Shown here: in pieces, positions 60,626-64,000 of the stretch
Numbering within the stretch: the first letter of the stretch is position 1
Layout of the letters: each line of letters starts with the position of its first letter
Assembly (NCBI GenBank): GCA_903884375.1
Contig: CAISER010000041.1
Location: 9,164-73,163, forward strand
Reading direction: 5' to 3'
Length of the DNA: 64,000 nucleotides
Source: Candidatus Collierbacteria bacterium
GTDB lineage: Bacteria > Patescibacteriota > Microgenomatia > UBA1400 > MFAQ01
The notes under the pieces: generated by a model
What the model was told of the DNA's origin: nothing
Databases searched by the model: none
What the model saw: the letters and a program-made list of their open reading frames with translations, nothing else
Position numbers and translations under genes: made by a program

Positions 60626-60850
60626 TTATTTAACTAATTTTCTAACAGTATCGGTTGGTTGAGCTCCTTTGGTTAGCCATAATTGATAATTTTCTTTATT
60701 TATTTCTACCTTGTTTTCAGGATCATGAGGGTTGTAGGTGCCGATGGTGTCGATTACCTTTCCTGATAATTTTGATTTGTCTTCGGCAACCACGATACGA
60801 TAAAAGCGTTGGTGTCTTTTTCCGGTCGGTTGAAGTTTGATTTTTAGCAT
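60626..60850 (-). CDS. rpsP: 30S ribosomal protein S16
   Basis: MLKIKL, FYRIVVA, GTYNP, GAQPTDTV. Confidence 0.96.
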   Translation of the reverse strand: MLKIKLQPTGKRHQRFYRIVVAEDKSKLSGKVIDTIGTYNPHDPENKVEINKENYQLWLTKGAQPTDTVRKLVK

Positions 60851-60857
60851 AGCGATA

Positions 60858-61541
60858 TTATATCAGCTCAATAGCTTTTTTAGCAGCATTTTGCTCGGCT
60901 TCCTGCTTACTTTTACCTGAACCTGAGGTTATTTCTTGATTATCAATAATTACAGCCACTTCGAAGGTTTTGCTGTGATCTGGTCCCGACTCCTTCACTG
61001 TTTTATATATGGGCGAGGTTAATCCCTTGCTTTGCACGTGTTCTTGGAGGCTAGACTTGGCATCTTTTAGATTGTCATTGGTAATGATTTCTTCGGCATT
61101 TGGAAGAATAAATTTAACAAAAAAGTGGTTTGCAGCCTCGATCCCACCATCACAATACAAGGCGCCTATTATGCTTTCAATCACATCTTCAAGAATTGAA
61201 GGGTTATTCCTACCTCCGGTAGACTCTTCTCCCTTACTCATTAGAATAAAGGTATCGATACCGTGTTTTTTTGAAATTTTAGAGAGAGACTCGGTTCGCA
61301 CAGTCGCTGATCTGGCTGCTGTGAGATAACCCTCCATTTTGTTTTGATATTTATTAAATAAATATACAGAAATCATCATTTCTAGAACTGCATCTCCTAA
61401 AAATTCAAGCCTTTCATAACTTTCGTTGACTCCGGGTTCGTTTAAGCAAGAGCGATGAGTAAGGGCGGTATTGAGCAGTTTTTCGTTCTTGAAATTATAG
61501 TCAAGCAATTCTTGCAATGGTTTAAGGTTTGACTTTATCAT
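60858..61541 (-). CDS. rnc: ribonuclease III
   Basis: ALTHRS, ERLEFLGDAVL, dsRBD GPDH...SKQEAEQNAA. Confidence 0.97.
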   Translation of the reverse strand: MIKSNLKPLQELLDYNFKNEKLLNTALTHRSCLNEPGVNESYERLEFLGDAVLEMMISVYLFNKYQNKMEGYLTAARSATVRTESLSKISKKHGIDTFILMSKGEESTGGRNNPSILEDVIESIIGALYCDGGIEAANHFFVKFILPNAEEIITNDNLKDAKSSLQEHVQSKGLTSPIYKTVKESGPDHSKTFEVAVIIDNQEITSGSGKSKQEAEQNAAKKAIELI

Positions 61542-61911
61542 CTGGATTATCCTGCCTACCTGTTAGGGTGATGGCGGTTGCTAAAGCTCCATTGACAAAA
61601 CTTGAACTAGTTTTTCCACCATATCGTTTGGCAATTTCCACCGCTTCATCTATTATTACTTTTGTTGGCGTTTCTGTTTTAATTAACAGTTCATATACTG
61701 CTTGTCTTAATACAGACAAGTCAACTCTATTTATTTGTGATAAAGGCCATTCAGGAGCGCATTTTTGGATAATATGGTCAATTTTTTCGATATTTGCCTG
61801 TATTTTATCTACTCTTGAAGGATGTTCCGGTTGAGTAGTAAAGGTACCCGCAAAAAGCGATTTAAAAACATCGATGCGTTTTAAATGTCTTGGGTCTTGG
61901 GCAGATTTCAC
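61522..61911 (-). CDS. nusB: transcription antitermination factor NusB
   Basis: VDLSVLRQAVYEL, VIIDEAVEIAKRY, FVNGAL. Confidence 0.93.
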   Translation of the reverse strand: MKSAQDPRHLKRIDVFKSLFAGTFTTQPEHPSRVDKIQANIEKIDHIIQKCAPEWPLSQINRVDLSVLRQAVYELLIKTETPTKVIIDEAVEIAKRYGGKTSSSFVNGALATAITLTGRQDNPDDKVKP

Positions 61912-61917
61912 GATTAG

Positions 61918-62070
61918 TTATTTAGTTTTACAAACCGGACAAGCAAAATGAGACTTTTTTAAATTACCACATTTTTTACATGTGATCATTTTTGGTTCAA
62001 TCAGGTGAATCTGAGAACGTCTAGCTCCTTGTCTTCTGGTTGAAATTTTTCTTTTTGGTGTTGCAGCCAT
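61918..62070 (-). CDS. rpmF: 50S ribosomal protein L32 (missed by the ORF track)
   Basis: manual translation MAATPKRKISTRRQGARRSQ...CKKCGNLKKSHFACPVCKTK*. Confidence 0.93.
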   Translation of the reverse strand: MAATPKRKISTRRQGARRSQIHLIEPKMITCKKCGNLKKSHFACPVCKTK

Positions 62071-62108
62071 AGTGGTGGTTGTTAATTAATACTCGATATG
62101 GGTATATT

Positions 62109-64000
62109 TTAGCAAGTTTCGAACAGGCTGACAATGTGCTTTGCTTTTTGAGGATTTTTATCGGCTATCTCTCGGGCTATTTCTTTTGCGGAAAGAAATA
62201 ATTTTTTAGACCAAAAATACTTCAATCTTGTTGGTAAAGAACCATGCTGTCTGGTACCAAATATTTGACCAGCACCTCTTAAACGAAGGTCTTTTTGAGC
62301 AAGAATCAAGCCTGTTTTGAATTTCTGTAATAATTGTAATCGTTCTGTTTCCTCCTCGTCATCATTAGTAGGGACTAAAAAACAGTATCCCTGTTCTTCA
62401 CCTCTACCAACACGTCCCCGTAATTGATGAAGACTGGCAAGGCCGAATCTTTCAGCTGAATGAATTATCATTACGTTGGCTGAGGGGATATCAATACCTA
62501 CTTCAATTAGAGAAGTTGATACAAGGACTCCCCTACCTGTATTTTTAAATTGTGTAAGAATTTCATTTTGTTTATCGGTTTTCATTTTTCCGTGAATGAT
62601 ATATACAGGAAATTTATCACCAGCTATCTTTTGATAGATTTTGCTTATTTTATTTACCGAAACTATTCTTGAATTATGTTCTTCTATGTTAGGACATACT
62701 ACAAATATCTGACTACCGTTTTGGAGTTGTCTTCTTAGCCAATTTGGGCTTTTTTTGAAATGAGTTGGAGAAACAACAAAGGTTTTTGTTGGTAGTCGAT
62801 TTTGTGGTTTATGAGTGATGTTGCTAATGTCAATATCTCCAAGCAAACCTAGGGCGACTGTCCTGGGAATTGGAGTGGCCGAAAGATTAAACAAATGAGG
62901 CAAGGGGGACCGATTTATTAGTTCGTCTCTTTGTTTTACTCCAAATTTATGTTGTTCGTCAATTGCAACAAAAGCCAAGGGGAATTTTAGTATTTTTGGA
63001 AGTTTGGTTAATAAGGAGTGGGTGCCGATATAGATAACAGGTTTATTTGTCTGAGGTTTATCTTTTGAAGAGCCGGTAATTAATTGAATTTGTTTTGGAA
63101 ATAAAGATAACGATTGAAAGGTTTTGTAGTGCTGATTAGCCAGTATTTCGGTGGGAGCCATAATAGCGCAACTTAATTTGTTTGTTAGGCATTGATTTGC
63201 AGCAAAAATAATTGTGGCAGTTTTTCCTGATCCGGTATCTCCTTGAATAAGACGATGGGTAAATTCGGAACTTTGAAGATCTTTATATATTGCAGATACT
63301 GTTTTTTGTTGATCGATTGTTAGTTTAAATGGAATTTTTTGAGTTGTCTTTTTGGTTGTTCCACTAATAATTTTTAAGGCTAGGGATTTGCCTAAATTTT
63401 TTTGAGCCAAACGATTATTGATATTAATGAGCAAATGTTCGTTGAAAGATAATCTCTTGTCGGCTTCCCAGCGTAGTTCTTTTGATGGTGGAAAATGAAT
63501 ATATTGATATGCTTCTGTTTCGGACAACAAATTTAATTTTATTTGCAACTCAGTTTCAAAAGGATCAGTTATTTGAATAGTTGGTAATAATGAATGAATT
63601 TTTGTACGAAGCCATTTGGAAGTAATACCTTCAGTTTGAGGATAAACAGGTACAAATCCACCGGTATTTATTGAAGGGACACCCCCTTCTTCAAAAATTG
63701 GAGCTATAACAGTAAGTCCTTTTCCCCAAAAGGACACCTTCCCGGCGAAAGTATAAATAGTGTTTTCTTTCAAAACACGTTTGATAAAGGGATTATTGAA
63801 CCAAGTTAACAGAATTTTCCCTGATGAATCGCTTACCGTAGTTTGAGTGAGAAGTTTGCTGGTTTTTGTAAAAAATGATTTTATTTTTCCGGTAGTGCCG
63901 ATAAAACTAGCCATTTCCCCCTGGGAAAGATGTTTTAATTGCTTAGGCTCGGTAAAATCATAATAACGAACCGGAAAATGATTTATTAAATCGCCTACGG
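62109..64000 (-). CDS. recG: ATP-dependent DNA helicase RecG (5' end outside the window)
   Basis: QGDTGSGKT, DEQHKFG, SATPIPRT, LHQLRGRVGRG; frame stays open to the window edge (DLINHFPVRYYD). Confidence 0.95.
   Translation of the reverse strand, partial: VGDLINHFPVRYYDFTEPKQLKHLSQGEMASFIGTTGKIKSFFTKTSKLLTQTTVSDSSGKILLTWFNNPFIKRVLKENTIYTFAGKVSFWGKGLTVIAPIFEEGGVPSINTGGFVPVYPQTEGITSKWLRTKIHSLLPTIQITDPFETELQIKLNLLSETEAYQYIHFPPSKELRWEADKRLSFNEHLLININNRLAQKNLGKSLALKIISGTTKKTTQKIPFKLTIDQQKTVSAIYKDLQSSEFTHRLIQGDTGSGKTATIIFAANQCLTNKLSCAIMAPTEILANQHYKTFQSLSLFPKQIQLITGSSKDKPQTNKPVIYIGTHSLLTKLPKILKFPLAFVAIDEQHKFGVKQRDELINRSPLPHLFNLSATPIPRTVALGLLGDIDISNITHKPQNRLPTKTFVVSPTHFKKSPNWLRRQLQNGSQIFVVCPNIEEHNSRIVSVNKISKIYQKIAGDKFPVYIIHGKMKTDKQNEILTQFKNTGRGVLVSTSLIEVGIDIPSANVMIIHSAERFGLASLHQLRGRVGRGEEQGYCFLVPTNDDEEETERLQLLQKFKTGLILAQKDLRLRGAGQIFGTRQHGSLPTRLKYFWSKKLFLSAKEIAREIADKNPQKAKHIVSLFETC

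Overview
The window is a gene-dense, AT-rich bacterial chromosome segment using the standard code (TGA is a stop). Gene content, many apparently leaderless genes and a complete type IV pilus cluster suggest a Patescibacteria/CPR genome, possibly Microgenomates (inference). Housekeeping genes: dnaX-ybaB-recR, cysS, ychF, rpsF-ssb-rpsR, an S41 protease, prfA, rpmE, dnaB, tRNA-Leu(CAA), efp, yebC, one Xer recombinase, gyrB-ppa-gyrA, a pil cluster, khpA, rpsP, rnc, nusB, rpmF and a partial recG. The main accessory feature is a ~13.7 kb element (8649-22340) inserted at about codon 6 of ychF. It encodes a large serine recombinase, an excisionase-like HTH, a Prim-Pol/MCM-like helicase fusion, SSB-like and SpoVG-like proteins, a wHTH protein and a 1636-aa cargo protein. 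Rebuilding the junctions by eye shows that the element supplies a replacement ychF N-terminus. It also shows that attP lies inside the integrase gene, so the integrase C-terminus differs between integrated (13-aa tail) and excised (53-aa tail) states. Other notable items: a 1.1 kb intergenic region combining DnaA boxes, 14-bp tandem repeats, an AT-rich tract and a dif-like palindrome next to xer; a secreted protein with three tandem phage-tail-fibre-like His modules; and a structured insert bounded by a duplicated tRNA 3' end. All calls come from motif recognition; no database searches were run.
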